IMG/VR virus record: IMGVR_UViG_3300013131_004463
Location: 15,231-79,230 of that record
Length of the DNA: 64,000 nucleotides
Direction: 5' to 3' (one strand)
DNA from: a virus
Position 1 is the stretch's first letter; each line of letters begins with the position of its first letter. Below are positions 10,228-20,961 of the stretch, piece after piece. The notes under the pieces were generated by a model. It did no database searches, was not told where the DNA came from, and saw only the letters and a program-made list of their open reading frames with translations. The translations under genes were made by a program, and so were the position numbers.

Positions 10228-10256
10228 TTGACTTTTAATTTTTGTTCTGATATCAT
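10228..10256 (+). promoter_or_regulatory. Sigma70-type promoter TTGACT-17-(TG)TATCAT for the dnaB operon
   Basis: Boxes with 17-bp spacer. Confidence 0.65.
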
Positions 10257-10265
10257 ATATATTGG

Positions 10266-11750
10266 ATGATTTACTCTTTACAAGTAGAAAGACATGTATT
10301 AAGCGGTTTATTAAAACACCAAGATCTTTTTGCAGATATTGATGTTTTTTTAACAGAAAATGATTTTTATAACGATGTTCATTCCACAATATATACTGTG
10401 TTTAAAAATATAAAACACAAAGGAGAGAATGTAGATAAAATACTGTTAGCAGAAAAGATAAAAAATCTAGGCATCTCATTTAAAGATGAGATTAATATTT
10501 TTGATTATATTGATAATTTAAGCTTCTCTCAAATCACAGAACAAGCAACGATTAATTCTTGTAAAGAATTAATTAAATTAAGAATAAGAAGAGAGATATC
10601 TCAAACAGCGGATAAACTAAAAGAATATATTAATAAAAACTCAGAAGATTCTGTAGATCAGATCATTGGCAAAATAGATCAAATATACAATAAAAAAATA
10701 TCATCATATTCTGAAAATGATGTGCCAATTAATATTTTTGAAGGAGTAGAAGATCTTGTTGAGGATATTGGAAATACGCCAAAAGATGAAACAGGATTAA
10801 TTACTCCATATTCAGAATTTAATAGAATGTATGGTGGTTTAAAAAATAATAATATTTATGCTATTGCAAGTAGACCTGGTCAAGGAAAATCAACTTGGCT
10901 AAACGATATTTGTTTTAAAACTTCTATTAATCCAAAAAACAAAACTAAAACCCTAATTCTTGATACAGAAATGCAAACTATAGACATTCAATTAAGAATG
11001 GTGGCTTCTTTAACTGATGTTCCAGTTTGGTATCTTGAAACTGGAAATTGGCGCAAAAATGAAGAGATGACAAAAAAAGTAAGAGCAGCTTGGGAAAAAG
11101 TAAAAACGTACGAATATTTTCATTACCATGTAGGAAATAAAAATATAGATCAAGTATGCTCTATTATTCGTAGATGGTATCTTTCAAAAGTTGGCCGAGG
11201 AAATCAAGCAATGATTGCCTATGATTATATTAAATTAACTGGCGAAAAGGTCGGAGCAAATTGGGCAGAGCATCAAGCTATCGGAGAAAAGATTGATAAA
11301 CTCAAAAGAGTTTCAGAGGAAATACATTGCCCCATTGTTACTGCTATGCAATTAAATAGAACTGGCGAAAGTTTTAATAGAAATTCTAATAATGTAGTAG
11401 ATGACAGCTCTGTGATTTCTCTTTCAGATAGACTACAATGGTTTGCTTCATTTGTAGCCATCTTTAGAAGGAAAACTTTAGATGAAGTTACGCTAGATGG
11501 TCAAGCATTTGGAACGCATAAATTAATTCCAACAAAAACTAGATTCCAAGGTAAAGACGCAGCTGGGCATCAAGATCTTGTTAGAAGACTAGACTCTTCT
11601 GGAAAAGAAATATGGGCCCAAAATTATCTTAATTATCAAGTAACAAATTTTAATATAGAAGAACGCGGGTCTTTAAGAGATGTTGCTGAAAGCCAAAGAG
11701 AGCAATATGAACTAAATGATTCGAATAGAAATGATGGAGAGTTACTATGA
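10266..11750 (+). CDS. dnaB: Replicative DNA helicase
   Basis: N-terminal ERHVLSGLL; ASRPGQGKS, DTEM, YDYIK, AMQLNR. Confidence 0.92.
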   Translation: MIYSLQVERHVLSGLLKHQDLFADIDVFLTENDFYNDVHSTIYTVFKNIKHKGENVDKILLAEKIKNLGISFKDEINIFDYIDNLSFSQITEQATINSCKELIKLRIRREISQTADKLKEYINKNSEDSVDQIIGKIDQIYNKKISSYSENDVPINIFEGVEDLVEDIGNTPKDETGLITPYSEFNRMYGGLKNNNIYAIASRPGQGKSTWLNDICFKTSINPKNKTKTLILDTEMQTIDIQLRMVASLTDVPVWYLETGNWRKNEEMTKKVRAAWEKVKTYEYFHYHVGNKNIDQVCSIIRRWYLSKVGRGNQAMIAYDYIKLTGEKVGANWAEHQAIGEKIDKLKRVSEEIHCPIVTAMQLNRTGESFNRNSNNVVDDSSVISLSDRLQWFASFVAIFRRKTLDEVTLDGQAFGTHKLIPTKTRFQGKDAAGHQDLVRRLDSSGKEIWAQNYLNYQVTNFNIEERGSLRDVAESQREQYELNDSNRNDGELL

Positions 11751-12403
11751 ACGTTGAATTAATATCTGTAACAAAACCAGAAATTAAAGATATTAAAAAA
11801 GCAGAAGATTTAGTAGCTTATTGCGCTAGGGTAAGTAATCCTTCCAATCAATTAAATTTAGATACTGCGCCTAAATTATTAAAATTTTTAATAAACCATA
11901 AACATTGGTCGCCATTTGAGATGGTAGATATGTGCGTAGAGATTAAAACTAGTAGAGCTATTGCAGCTCAAATCTTAAGACACAAATCATTCTTTTTTCA
12001 AGAGTATAGTTTAAGATATAGCGCCGCCGTAGATTACGAAGATATTGAATTAAGATTACAAGGAGATAAAAATAGGCAAGTTGGAGAAAAATTATTGCCA
12101 ACAGGCACAGACGCTTATGATAAAATTAATGAACTTTTGATAGAATCTTTATCCTTGTCTCAGCATTGTTATGAAACTATGATAGAAAATGGCGTAGCAA
12201 AAGAAGTGGCGAGAATGATACTACCATTGACAACTCAAACAACAATGTACATGAAGGGGACTCTAAGAAGTTGGATCCATTATATAGAATTAAGAACAGA
12301 ACAAAACACTCAGAAAGAGCACAGAGAAATTGCTGAAAAATGTAAAAAAATATTTGTTAAAGAATTTCCAATAATTAGCGAGGCTTTAGAATGGAACAAA
12401 TAA
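11747..12403 (+). CDS. thyX: Flavin-dependent thymidylate synthase
   Basis: HWSPFE, QILRHKSFFFQEYSLRY, EVARMILP, TQKEHR. Confidence 0.93.
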   Translation: MNVELISVTKPEIKDIKKAEDLVAYCARVSNPSNQLNLDTAPKLLKFLINHKHWSPFEMVDMCVEIKTSRAIAAQILRHKSFFFQEYSLRYSAAVDYEDIELRLQGDKNRQVGEKLLPTGTDAYDKINELLIESLSLSQHCYETMIENGVAKEVARMILPLTTQTTMYMKGTLRSWIHYIELRTEQNTQKEHREIAEKCKKIFVKEFPIISEALEWNK

Positions 12404-13296
12404 GCATTTACGAGATCCTAACAGAACTAGGATATCAATTAAAAGATTATGGTAAAGAGTTTAGAACAAAACCTCTTTATAGAGATAGCGATAACGATAC
12501 TGTATTAAGAATATACAAAGATACAGGAAAATGGTTTGACTTTAAACAAAATATTAGTGGAGATATAAATTCATTAGTAAGATTAACTTTAAAAATTGAT
12601 GATCCAGATAAAGCTCAAGAATGGTTAAAAAATAAAAATTTTACTACAAACTATAGCATAGAATATACAAAACCAATTCTTAAATCAACAAAGAAATTTG
12701 ATATTAATTTATTAGAGAATCTTGAGTATAATCATTCATATTGGAATAAAAGATCTATCACTAACGATACCTTAATTCAATTTAAAGGTGGAGTTGGAAA
12801 AGCTGGTAAAATGAAAAATAGATATGTTTTTCCAATTTTTGATATAAGAAATGATATAATCGGTTTTTCTGGTAGAGATATTACTAATTTATCTAAAATA
12901 AAATGGAAACATCTTGGAGAAAAAAATGATTTTTTATATCCTTTATTTTTAAATTCAAACATTATAGAAGAACAAAAAGAAATCATTCTTGTAGAAAGCA
13001 TTGGGGATATGCTTAGCCTTTGGCAAAATAATATCAAAAATGTATTAGTTATTTTTGGCACAAATCTTAGTCTTTCAGTTTTAAATTATTGTTTAAAAAC
13101 AGACATGAAGAAAATATATATAAGTTTAAATAATGATTCTGAAAAAAATAAAGCTGGAAATATTGCTGCAGAAAAAACCTACTTTAGATTAAAAAGATAC
13201 TTTGACGACAAACAACTTAAAATAGCATTACCAATAAAAAAAGATTTTGGTGAAATGACCTCTGAGGAAATATTACAATGGAAAAAGAGTCTTTAA
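12391..13296 (+). CDS. DNA primase (DnaG-like, Toprim)
   Basis: NRYVFPI, GFSGR, KWKH, LVESIGD, KDFGE. Confidence 0.85.
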   Translation: MEQISIYEILTELGYQLKDYGKEFRTKPLYRDSDNDTVLRIYKDTGKWFDFKQNISGDINSLVRLTLKIDDPDKAQEWLKNKNFTTNYSIEYTKPILKSTKKFDINLLENLEYNHSYWNKRSITNDTLIQFKGGVGKAGKMKNRYVFPIFDIRNDIIGFSGRDITNLSKIKWKHLGEKNDFLYPLFLNSNIIEEQKEIILVESIGDMLSLWQNNIKNVLVIFGTNLSLSVLNYCLKTDMKKIYISLNNDSEKNKAGNIAAEKTYFRLKRYFDDKQLKIALPIKKDFGEMTSEEILQWKKSL

Positions 13297-14252
13297 AAAT
13301 ATTATCTGCTTCGAGAATTAAAACTCTTGAAACTTGTTCTTGGGTTTATTGGAATAATTATCATATTAAAGTTCCCCAAACCCAAAACGATGGTAGTTTG
13401 AGAGGTACGATTTGCCACACAATTTTTGAGCTTCTTTTAAGTCCAAAGCATAAAAATCATTATAATAAAATACTAAAAGCAAATTCTATTACTGGAAGTA
13501 AAGCTGTAACTAAATTAGTTAAAAAATTAAAATCAAAAGTAAAACTTGATGAGTCAAATTTTGAAATATTAGACCAAATGATTATGGTTGGATTAAAGCA
13601 TGATTTTTTTGGAGAAAAAGATGGAAAGATTGTGTCTCCAGAATATGCTTTTGAGATTAAAAATGATAGACCCAAATATCATATTAAGGGGTTTATTGAT
13701 AAGCCTATAAAATCAAAAAATAAAATGGTTATAATTGACTACAAAAGCTCTAAAGCTAAATTTAGGGGAGATGACCTAGAAGCCAATATTCAAGCTATGA
13801 TGTATAGTTTAGCAAGTAAGAAATTATGGCCAAAATTAAAACCTATTATAAGATTTCTATTTCTTAGGTTTCCCAAACAACCAATACAAGAGCTAGAGTT
13901 TACAGAGGACCAAATAAAAGGATTTGAGCATTATTTAGAGCATATAAATGATTATATTAATAAATTTGACGAAAGTTCAGCAAAAGCGAACTTCGCCATA
14001 GATAATGATAAGAGCAAATGGATGTGTGGTATTGGTAATTGGAAGTGTCCATATAAAGACCCTTATGATTATTATGTTAAATTAAATAATAAAAACGAAA
14101 TAGTAGAATCTAATTTTGATGGTAATTTTAAAAATATAGAGGGATTTACAATAGAGAAAAGAAAATATGAAGGATGTCCTAGATTTAATACTCAAACACC
14201 CAAAATGAAAGATGAATTTCTTGATCCAGATAAAGATGAGTTTTTAGATTGA
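13278..14252 (+). CDS. PD-(D/E)XK exonuclease (RecB/Cas4-like)
   Basis: SASRI...C, GTICH, GFID, IIDYK, QAMMY, C-terminal cysteines. Confidence 0.85.
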   Translation: MEKESLKILSASRIKTLETCSWVYWNNYHIKVPQTQNDGSLRGTICHTIFELLLSPKHKNHYNKILKANSITGSKAVTKLVKKLKSKVKLDESNFEILDQMIMVGLKHDFFGEKDGKIVSPEYAFEIKNDRPKYHIKGFIDKPIKSKNKMVIIDYKSSKAKFRGDDLEANIQAMMYSLASKKLWPKLKPIIRFLFLRFPKQPIQELEFTEDQIKGFEHYLEHINDYINKFDESSAKANFAIDNDKSKWMCGIGNWKCPYKDPYDYYVKLNNKNEIVESNFDGNFKNIEGFTIEKRKYEGCPRFNTQTPKMKDEFLDPDKDEFLD

Positions 14253-14277
14253 AATTAAACTAAATCTATAATATACT
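14249..14277 (+). promoter_or_regulatory. Sigma70-type promoter TTGAAA-17-TATACT, leaderless start at 14285
   Basis: Boxes with 17-bp spacer. Confidence 0.6.
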
Positions 14278-14284
14278 AAATAAA

Positions 14285-15031
14285 ATGATACCATTGTTTA
14301 AATCTCATTATTCATTAGGAAGATCTATATTAACTTTAGAGGACAAAAATGAATCTGATGATTATCCAGATTCTATTATTCAAATAGCAAAAGAGCATAA
14401 ATTAAAAGAAATATCTATTGTAGAAGATAATATGTCTTCTTTTTTAGAGGCGTATACTAATACAAAAAATAATAATATTAAATTAAATTATGGATTAAGA
14501 ATTTCTATTACCGAATCAATAAGCGAAAAGAGCGAAGAATCAATACAAAAAACATCAAAAATAATACTATTTTTTAAGAACAAAAATGGCTATGAAAAGT
14601 TAACTAAACTATTTAGTATTGCTGCAAAATCTGGTTTTTATTATGGCCCTAGACTTGATTACAAAATTTTAAAAGAGAATTGGAATGAAGATTTAATTTT
14701 AGCTATACCATTTTATGATTCATTTATATTCAATAATACTTTAAAAAATATGATTTGTATACCTCAATTTGAATTCACAAAACCGATTATGTTTATTGAA
14801 GAGAATGATTTGCCGTTCAATGATATTATTAAAAATAAAGTAAAAAAATATGCAGAAGAAAACTCTCTAGAAGTTTATAAAGTCAAAAGCATATACTACA
14901 ACAAAAAGAAAGACTTTAAATCTTATTTAACATTTAGATGCATTAATAATAGAAGCATATTAAACAAACCAGAATTAGAACATATGTCTAGCAATGATTT
15001 TTCTTTTGAGAGCTATATGAGGACAAAATAA
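14285..15031 (+). CDS. Stand-alone PHP domain of DNA polymerase III alpha
   Basis: KSHYSL, KNKNGYEKL, FYYGPRLD resemble the DnaE N-terminus. Confidence 0.8.
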   Translation: MIPLFKSHYSLGRSILTLEDKNESDDYPDSIIQIAKEHKLKEISIVEDNMSSFLEAYTNTKNNNIKLNYGLRISITESISEKSEESIQKTSKIILFFKNKNGYEKLTKLFSIAAKSGFYYGPRLDYKILKENWNEDLILAIPFYDSFIFNNTLKNMICIPQFEFTKPIMFIEENDLPFNDIIKNKVKKYAEENSLEVYKVKSIYYNKKKDFKSYLTFRCINNRSILNKPELEHMSSNDFSFESYMRTK

Positions 15032-15669
15032 TGGACGAACACTTATTAAGATATGATAAGAAAAAGACTTTAGTTTTTGTTGATTGCGAGACTTTTAACT
15101 TATGTTTAAATTTTTGCCATAATTTACCGTGGCAAATAGCAATGATTAAAGTAATAGGAGATAAAAAAGTTGATGAGAAGAATTTTTATCTTAAATGGCA
15201 AACAGATTTAAAAATTAGTCAAGACGCAGCAAGAATAACAAGATATGATCATAAAAAAGTTCAAAAAGAAGGTCACGACCCAAAAGAAATATTCCCTACT
15301 ATAAAAGATTGGCTAGATCATGCTGATTATATTATTGGACATAACACACTAGGCTTTGATATTTATCTAATAAAAGAGTATTATAAATTCATGGGTTTAA
15401 AATCTAATCACCTAGTATCTAAATTTATTGATACAAATGCAATAGCAAGAGGTATTAAATATGGAACTCCTTTTAATAAAAGTGATAATTTAATTGAATA
15501 CCAATACAAAATATATCACACAAAAAAGAAAAATGTAAAAAGCTCTTTAACTTTTTTAGGTAAAGAGAATGGCATAGATCATGATTATGAGAAACTGCAT
15601 GACGCTATTAATGATCTTGACTTAAATTTAAAAGTATGGAATAAATTGAAGTGGCAAATAGAGGTATGA
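15031..15669 (+). CDS. DEDDh 3'-5' exonuclease (DnaQ/epsilon-like)
   Basis: VDCET, GHNTLGFD, IDT, LHDAINDL. Confidence 0.85.
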   Translation: MDEHLLRYDKKKTLVFVDCETFNLCLNFCHNLPWQIAMIKVIGDKKVDEKNFYLKWQTDLKISQDAARITRYDHKKVQKEGHDPKEIFPTIKDWLDHADYIIGHNTLGFDIYLIKEYYKFMGLKSNHLVSKFIDTNAIARGIKYGTPFNKSDNLIEYQYKIYHTKKKNVKSSLTFLGKENGIDHDYEKLHDAINDLDLNLKVWNKLKWQIEV

Positions 15670-15670
15670 T

Positions 15671-15886
15671 ATGGCTTCGCTAGATGATATATATGATATG
15701 ATTCAAAAATTAGATGATTCTAATATTGAATATCTTCTTATTACTATTCAAAAAGGCAAGAAGAATGGCAAAGCAGATGTCTTTTATTCTTTAAAAGATA
15801 AAAATTCAATGAAAATATTAACTCAAGGATTAAAAGAATTTACAAAAGAAGTAGATAGGGCAGACGATGAAGGCAAATTTGATTAA
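15671..15886 (+). CDS. Small hypothetical protein within the polymerase locus
   Basis: ORF with GAGG RBS, overlapping the dnaE start. Confidence 0.6.
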   Translation: MASLDDIYDMIQKLDDSNIEYLLITIQKGKKNGKADVFYSLKDKNSMKILTQGLKEFTKEVDRADDEGKFD

Positions 15887-18464
15887 TTATTCAGAAGACA
15901 AATCTTTCTTTTCTAAGTTCGAAGATATAGACTTAGGACTTCACGGTGTAAGATTGCCAGAATTTAATATTGATAGTTCAGCAAAAAGACATTTAAATTT
16001 AAGCGAAGATGTATCAAATTATGAGTTTTTAAGAGCTTTATCTTTAAATGGATTTAAAGAACTAAAAATAGATAAGAATCAACCAGAATATAAAAAATAT
16101 ACAGATCGAGCAAAGCACGAACTAGAAACTTTAAAAGAGTTAGGGTTTATAGATTATATATTATTGGTTTGGGATGTTATTAATTTCTGCAAAACCAACA
16201 ATATCCCAGTTGGGCTAGGTAGAGGTTCTGCGGCCGGATCATTAATATTTTATTTAATTGGAGTCACAAGAATAGACCCAGTTAAATATAACCTTTATTT
16301 TGAAAGATTTATATCTAAGATTAGAGCTAAAAAGCAAGTTATTAATAAGATAACATATTTGGATGGTAGTTTAATGTGCGACGTAGATCTTGATATATGT
16401 TATTATAATAGACATAAAGTTCTTGAATATCTTGAAAATAAATTTAAAGGCAAAACTAGCAAAATATTAACTTTAAATACTCTTAGCGGAAAACTTCTTA
16501 TAAAAGAATGCGGTAAAATTGTTGCAGAAAAATCAGAAGAAGAAATGACAACAATCTCATCATTAATCCCTAAGATATTTGGTCAAGTAAAAGATATTAC
16601 ATCTGCATATGAAGAAATACCCAAATTTAAAGAATGGTGCGATGATAATAAAGAAGCGTATGAAATTGCTTTAAAGTTAAGAGATTTAATTAAAAATAAG
16701 GGAGTTCATCCTTCTGGAGTATTGTTGTCTTATGATGACCTAGAAAAAGTTTGCCCAACAGAACTCTCTTCAGATAAAGAGGCAGTCTCCAGCTTTGATA
16801 TGAATTGGGTCTCTTTATTTAATATTAAATTAGATATCTTAGGCTTAAGAAGCGTTTCTGTTGTTGATGATGTATGTAAAAGAATAAATATAAAAATATC
16901 AGATATTGATCTTAATGATCCATCTATATATAGAGCCTTACAAGATTTAAGAAGTCCTCATGGTTTATTTCAGATAGAAGCAGATACAAATTTTAAAGTC
17001 TGCCAAAAAGTAAAGCCTAAAAATTTAGAAGAGTTAAGCGGGGTATTAGCTCTTGCAAGACCTGGCGCTTTACAGTTTGTTGATAAATATGCAGCACATA
17101 CAAATCTTCAACAATCAGAAAGTATACATCCATTCTTCGATGATATTCTAAAACAAACTGGCGGTGTAGCGCTTTATCAAGAGCAGCTTATGCAAATGGC
17201 AAACAAGATTGGTTTTACTTTGGATGAAGCAGAAATTTTAAGAAGGATTGTAGGCAAAAAGAAGACTGATGAAATTAAAACTTGGCAGAAAAAAATTGAA
17301 ACAAAAGTAAAAGAAAATAGATTGCCAAAAGAAGTCGGAGATATCCTATGGAAAATTTTAGAAGATTCAGCAAATTATTCTTTCAACAAATCTCATTCGC
17401 TTGCCTATGCAGCTTTAGCGGCAGTTACAATTTATCTTAAGTTTAATTATCCACAAGAATTTTTCTTATCCTTATTAAAAATGAGCAGGAACGAACCAGA
17501 TCCTATAGGTGAAATATCTAAAATACAGAAAGAAATGCAAGCATTTGCAATTGAACTATTACCTCCGCACATTATTAAATCAGAAATGGATTTTTCGCTA
17601 GAAAATAGAGATGTAAGATTTGGCTTGCTTTCAATTAAAGGTATTAGCGATAAATCAATAGAAAAATTAAATAGTTTTAGAAATAAATATTCTAACAAAT
17701 TTGAAATATTTCAAGCCGCAGAAGAAGCAGATCTTAATATTGGAGTATTATCTGCCTTAATTCAAGCTGGCGCGCTAAGCGGATTTAGTCAATCAAGAAG
17801 TAAAATAGTATTAGAAGCTCAACTATGGAACATCTTAACCACGAAAGAAAAGAAGTACTGCATTTCATTCGCTGATCAATTTGATTATGACTTGATTAAA
17901 ATCATTAAACATTTAAATAAATTTACTGATGAAAAAAATCACGCTATTATTAAAGACAATAGACTTAAAACAATTAAAAATAAATACGAACCTTATCTCC
18001 AAATATATAATCAAAACAATAAAAGCGAAAGCTTTGCTAACTGGTATTATGAGAAAAAGCTGTTAGGTTATACTTACGATAAAACTTTAAAAGATATATT
18101 TAATGAAAAAAGACAAGACTTAATATATATTAATAATATATATAACTATCCAATTAATTCTAAGACTATCTTTGTTGGACAAGTAGAAGAAATATTTTCT
18201 GGGGTATCAAAAAGTGAAAAGAAAACTAGATATGTAAGATTAAAAATATCAGACGAAACAGGAACGATAAATTGTTTATTATTTAATGATAATATAGAAA
18301 ACAATAAATTACTTAATAACTCCAAAAACTTTGAAGAAGGCAATATTGTTATTGTTAAAGGCATGATAAAGCAAGATTGCTTATTTGCTGATTTAGCCGC
18401 AATACAAGATCATCAAATTTATATGAAATTAAATGATTTAAAAAAGATAGATAAAAATAATTGA
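15867..18464 (+). CDS. dnaE: DNA polymerase III alpha catalytic core (family C, lacking the PHP domain)
   Basis: GRGSAAGS, FERF, DVDLD, HPSGV, KLDILGL, YQEQ, YSFNKSH, C-terminal OB fold. Confidence 0.93.
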   Translation: MKANLINYSEDKSFFSKFEDIDLGLHGVRLPEFNIDSSAKRHLNLSEDVSNYEFLRALSLNGFKELKIDKNQPEYKKYTDRAKHELETLKELGFIDYILLVWDVINFCKTNNIPVGLGRGSAAGSLIFYLIGVTRIDPVKYNLYFERFISKIRAKKQVINKITYLDGSLMCDVDLDICYYNRHKVLEYLENKFKGKTSKILTLNTLSGKLLIKECGKIVAEKSEEEMTTISSLIPKIFGQVKDITSAYEEIPKFKEWCDDNKEAYEIALKLRDLIKNKGVHPSGVLLSYDDLEKVCPTELSSDKEAVSSFDMNWVSLFNIKLDILGLRSVSVVDDVCKRINIKISDIDLNDPSIYRALQDLRSPHGLFQIEADTNFKVCQKVKPKNLEELSGVLALARPGALQFVDKYAAHTNLQQSESIHPFFDDILKQTGGVALYQEQLMQMANKIGFTLDEAEILRRIVGKKKTDEIKTWQKKIETKVKENRLPKEVGDILWKILEDSANYSFNKSHSLAYAALAAVTIYLKFNYPQEFFLSLLKMSRNEPDPIGEISKIQKEMQAFAIELLPPHIIKSEMDFSLENRDVRFGLLSIKGISDKSIEKLNSFRNKYSNKFEIFQAAEEADLNIGVLSALIQAGALSGFSQSRSKIVLEAQLWNILTTKEKKYCISFADQFDYDLIKIIKHLNKFTDEKNHAIIKDNRLKTIKNKYEPYLQIYNQNNKSESFANWYYEKKLLGYTYDKTLKDIFNEKRQDLIYINNIYNYPINSKTIFVGQVEEIFSGVSKSEKKTRYVRLKISDETGTINCLLFNDNIENNKLLNNSKNFEEGNIVIVKGMIKQDCLFADLAAIQDHQIYMKLNDLKKIDKNN

Positions 18465-18489
18465 CATTTACATATATAAATAGTAACAT
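18461..18489 (+). promoter_or_regulatory. Sigma70-type promoter TTGACA-17-TAACAT
   Basis: Boxes visible; ATG at 18498. Confidence 0.65.
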
Positions 18490-18497
18490 AAATTAAT

Positions 18498-19031
18498 ATG
18501 ATATCATTTTATAAACCTAATAGTAAAAACAATGGAACTGCTTGTAGTTTTAGCGTAAATCCTAGAGACGGCTCTATTTGGAGCTCTTTGATTAAGCAAA
18601 GCGGCTGGAATGAAAAAACAAAAACTGGATCTTTTATGGACAACAAAGATAATCCACAAAAAAGCGCAAAGATTAAATATTCAATAACAGAAGCGGCGGG
18701 ATTACTAGAAGCTCTAGATAAAAATACAGAGTTCTCAGCTTATCACTCTTCAGAACAACAAATAACAAAGATTAAATTTGCGCCTTATATTAGAGATGAA
18801 AAACAAGTAGGATTTTCTTATAGTGTTCAAAAAGAAAGCAAAGAAAACGTAGAAAATAAACAATCATATTTAATTGGATTTTATTTTAACGAATCAAGAC
18901 TATTAAAAGAATTTCTACAATATTCATTAAATTCTATATTTGAATCACAAAGAATAGAAACAATTAAAAAAATTAAAAATTCTTCCAAAGAAAAGCCTGT
19001 AGATAATCAAGAAGATAGCGAACTTTGGTAA
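18498..19031 (+). CDS. Hypothetical protein, possibly ssDNA-binding (acidic/aromatic C-terminal tail)
   Basis: Beta-rich, follows dnaE, ends NQEDSELW. Function is inferred. Confidence 0.4.
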   Translation: MISFYKPNSKNNGTACSFSVNPRDGSIWSSLIKQSGWNEKTKTGSFMDNKDNPQKSAKIKYSITEAAGLLEALDKNTEFSAYHSSEQQITKIKFAPYIRDEKQVGFSYSVQKESKENVENKQSYLIGFYFNESRLLKEFLQYSLNSIFESQRIETIKKIKNSSKEKPVDNQEDSELW

Positions 19032-20947
19032 TCGTGAGAAGAAAAAAGGTTTTATTTCAAAGCGATTTTTCTTTAGCTAAAACTGGCTTTGGCAGAAACG
19101 CCAGAGCTTTGTTAAAATATTTACATTCTACAGATAAATACGATATTGTTCATTATTCATGCGGAATGACTTATGATCATCCAGAGTTTAAAAAAACTCC
19201 ATGGAAATCAGTTGGATCATTACCAAACACCCAGCAGGAAATGGAGCAGCTGAATCGAGACCCTAATCTTGCAAGACTAGCTAGTTATGGCGCACATTTT
19301 GTAGATAGAGTAATTAATGAAGAAAAACCAGACGTCTATTTTGCTGTTCAAGATATATGGGGCGTAGATTTTGCTATAGAGAAACCATGGTTTAGTAAAA
19401 TTAGTTCTGTTATATGGACAACTTTAGATTCGCTGCCTATTCTTGAGTCTGCCATTAAAAACGCTCCAAAGATAAAAAATTATTGGATTTGGAGTAGTTT
19501 TGCGACAAAAGCACTCAATAAGTTAGGATATAGCCATGTTAAAACTGTACATGGATGTTTAGAGGATAAAGATTTTTATCGTTTATCTGATTTTGATAGG
19601 AATCAACTAAGAAAAAAGAACAATATCCCACAAGATGCATTTATAATAGGATTTGTTTTCAGAAATCAATTAAGAAAAAGCGTTCCAAATTTACTTCAAG
19701 GATATGCGCTTTGGAAAAAGCAAAATCCCGAAATTAAAAACACATATTTATTATTTCATACTCATTGGGGAGAAGGATGGAATATTTATAAACTCGCTAC
19801 AGAAATAGGCGTTAATCCTCAAGAAATATTAACAACTTATGTATGTAAAAACTGTGGCGAATATGAAGTAAAACAATTTACAGGCCAAGATTTAAATTGT
19901 AAACATTGTGGGGCAGAAAAAAGTCAAATTACTACAAATGTTGGATTGGGAGTAACAGAGAATCAATTAAATGAAGTATATAACTTAATGGATGTATACT
20001 GTCACCCATTTACAAGCGGGGGTCAAGAGATACCGATTCAAGAAGCTAAGCTAACAGAACTAATCACTCTTGTAACAAATTATAGTTGTGGAGAAGAAAT
20101 GTGCGCTCCAGAAGCAAACTCATTACCCTTAGAATGGTCAGAATATAGAGAGCATGGAACAGAATTTATTAAAGCCTCAACCTCGCCAGAGTCAATAGCT
20201 AAACAATTAAATATTGTTTATAAAATGCCAATCCATAAAAGGATCGAAATTGGTAAAAAAGCAAGAGATTGGACAATTAAGAATTTTGGAGTAAAAAATG
20301 TAGCAAAAATTTTGGAAGATTTTATAGATTCTCAGCCATTTGCTGATTGGGATAAGATAAAAGAAAATCCAGAAGATAAAAAAGATCCATATTTTCAAAT
20401 ACCAAACATTATTGATGATTCTGAATGGCTAACATTTATGTATCATAATATATTAAAAATGAAAAATATTGATTCAAATGACTCTGGTCATCAATATTGG
20501 ATGGGCGAATTAAGAAAGGGTGCAAAAAGGCAAGATATTGAAAACTATTTTAGAAATGTAGCCTTACAAGAAAACAATAAATCTAAAGAAGTAAAATTCG
20601 AAGATCTTCTAGATCAAAATAATAAAAATAGAATCTTATATGTTATGCCAGAAAGTGCTGGAGATGTATTTCTTAGCACAGCACTATTTAAGTCTATAAA
20701 AAATAGATATCCACAGCACGATTTGTATATTGCCACAAAACCTCAATACAAAGAAATTCTAGAAGGCAACCCTTATATTCATAGATGGATTGAATATAAT
20801 CCAATTATGGACAACTTAATTTGGCTAGAAGGCAATAATCAACACGATGGTCATTTTGATATTGCTTATTTACCATACACATGCACTCAAAGGAATTTAA
20901 ATTATCTTCACAATGGCCTAGATAAGTTAGATTTTAGTTTAACTTAA
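19025..20947 (+). CDS. Multidomain glycosyltransferase: GT-B (GT4-like) with CxxC..CxxC insert plus a GT9-like N-terminal half-domain
   Basis: TGFG, RNQLRK, NEVYNLMDVYCHP..GGQEIPIQEA; CKNC..CKHC; C-terminal SAGDVFLSTAL...GNPYI. Confidence 0.8.
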   Translation: MVIVRRKKVLFQSDFSLAKTGFGRNARALLKYLHSTDKYDIVHYSCGMTYDHPEFKKTPWKSVGSLPNTQQEMEQLNRDPNLARLASYGAHFVDRVINEEKPDVYFAVQDIWGVDFAIEKPWFSKISSVIWTTLDSLPILESAIKNAPKIKNYWIWSSFATKALNKLGYSHVKTVHGCLEDKDFYRLSDFDRNQLRKKNNIPQDAFIIGFVFRNQLRKSVPNLLQGYALWKKQNPEIKNTYLLFHTHWGEGWNIYKLATEIGVNPQEILTTYVCKNCGEYEVKQFTGQDLNCKHCGAEKSQITTNVGLGVTENQLNEVYNLMDVYCHPFTSGGQEIPIQEAKLTELITLVTNYSCGEEMCAPEANSLPLEWSEYREHGTEFIKASTSPESIAKQLNIVYKMPIHKRIEIGKKARDWTIKNFGVKNVAKILEDFIDSQPFADWDKIKENPEDKKDPYFQIPNIIDDSEWLTFMYHNILKMKNIDSNDSGHQYWMGELRKGAKRQDIENYFRNVALQENNKSKEVKFEDLLDQNNKNRILYVMPESAGDVFLSTALFKSIKNRYPQHDLYIATKPQYKEILEGNPYIHRWIEYNPIMDNLIWLEGNNQHDGHFDIAYLPYTCTQRNLNYLHNGLDKLDFSLT

Positions 20948-20961
20948 ATTATTATTCTAAA

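Noticed and set aside
13278-14252. Cas4-like nuclease as part of a CRISPR system
   Set aside because: No repeat-spacer array or other cas genes were seen; such nucleases are common in phage replication modules.
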